Source of the DNA: Azolla caroliniana
Lineage: Eukaryota > Plantae > Polypodiophyta
NCBI GenBank assembly: GCA_043228905.1
Contig: JBHGNT010000005.1
Coordinates: forward strand, 18,228,001 to 18,292,000
Length of the DNA: 64,000 nt
Direction: 5' to 3'
Shown: piece after piece, positions 62,865 through 64,000 of the stretch
Numbering within the stretch: position 1 is the first letter of the stretch
Layout: each line of letters opens with the position of its first letter
Made by a program: the position numbers and the translations under genes
Notes under the pieces: generated by a model
The model's input: the letters and a program-made list of their open reading frames with translations, nothing else
What the model was told of the DNA's origin: nothing
Database searches by the model: none

Positions 62865-64000
62865 CTAATCTGGCTTTGTGACCGAAAAATCATACACGGA
62901 TTGTCTTACAAACTGACCTCGCACCCTTGGCCGTTGTTCTGCCAACCGCTTGCGGCTTTGGTACCGAACCTACAGATAACAAAATGACAGACCAAATCAA
63001 CAATAGGTTTTTTGTATTTTACCAACTAACAATAGGTATCTTTGGAAGCCTTTAAGCTACTCCCAAATCTCAAAGCATGACTTAATATTTGCCAAAGATC
63101 ACCTAGCCATTTGGGTAGTTTTATTCTACTAATCGAAGGGCCTTCTCTCTAGTCGGAACATAAAATGTGTATATTACCTTCTTCTCAAAACATCTCTCTT
63201 TCCGCTTTTGGCGAAACTTGGTCAAGGCAGCCTCTCTTGTGGCTGATCGGTTCGGATCAAGACAAGACTGAGGACCTGGTGCAGCAGATATGAGACACTT
63301 CTCTATCCCTTCGTCACTCCGATTGTTAGCTTGAATAATCATATGCTCTCCACAATCCAGAGGTGGCAATATAATAGTGCTTTGGCCATTACTATGGCCG
63401 TTACCCCCATTGTTACTTCCTGTGGCACTTCCATTGTTGTCATTGTTGCTGCTACCACTGTGCCCATTGTTTCCATTGTTTTCGTTGCTACTACCACTTT
63501 GCCCATTGTTTCCATTGTTGTTATTACTGCTACCACTTCGGCCATTGTTAGGACCCGGGACACTACTAGATGGTCCAGATTTAGGTGCACCTGATCCTGC
63601 ATTTGTAACAGTCTGGCTTTCGATCTGCAACATTTCAGACCTCTGCTGGGGTGTGTACTTATGATGGTAATGAAAATGATGTTGAACATGGTGGTGATGG
63701 TGATGCTTATGATGATGGGTATGGTAATGAATTTGTTGAGATCTTTCATGAGGATTTCCTTGGTCAAATGCTATATTATAGTCACCATCGCCCTCTACTC
63801 TTTCTATATCGGGCATGTGAACCATCGGTATCACCTGGTTCTTTGCATTGTCATGAAACTTTCCGGGAGACAAAGGTGCTTTATCTGTTTCTGATACATG
63901 TTGCGCAGGTGATGATTCGTTGTCACCTTTACAGGATGTAGTAATATCACCATCTTTCATTGAGGGGAGCATACTGTTATTATCTTCATTGTTACATAAA
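62865..64000 (-). CDS. Pseudo-response regulator (PRR3/7-like clock protein), last two exons with CCT domain; 5' part outside the window
   Basis: Exon >64000-63178, GT-AG intron 63177-62970, exon 62969-62865. Spliced REAALTKFRQKRKERCFEKK|VRYQSRKRLAEQRPRVRGQFVRQ...KPD*. Poly-His and SGSSNN tracts. Confidence 0.9.

Overview
Repeat-dense nuclear DNA from a land plant, probably seed-free and fern-like, inferred from a heavily pre-edited mitochondrial insert. Most of the window is nested Ty1/copia and Ty3/gypsy LTR retrotransposons, including one intact young gypsy at 5459-12620. It also holds a NUMT (nad1 last exon, rps12, rps7), a hAT MITE and the 3' end of a CCT-domain pseudo-response-regulator gene. 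The main discovery is a DNA transposon at 32480-56785 with perfect 36-bp TIRs and a 4-bp AGAT TSD, about 9.5 kb once nested LTR elements are removed. It encodes a Sola-like DDD transposase on the minus strand. Divergently, it encodes a spliced six-exon gene for a ParB-like domain fused to a bacterial-type beta-class amino (N6A/N4C) DNA methyltransferase. Intron 1 of that gene contains ten 29-bp palindromes. A second, truncated copy lies at 24840-29639. Both copies are decayed. All family assignments come from motif recognition by eye, not database searches.
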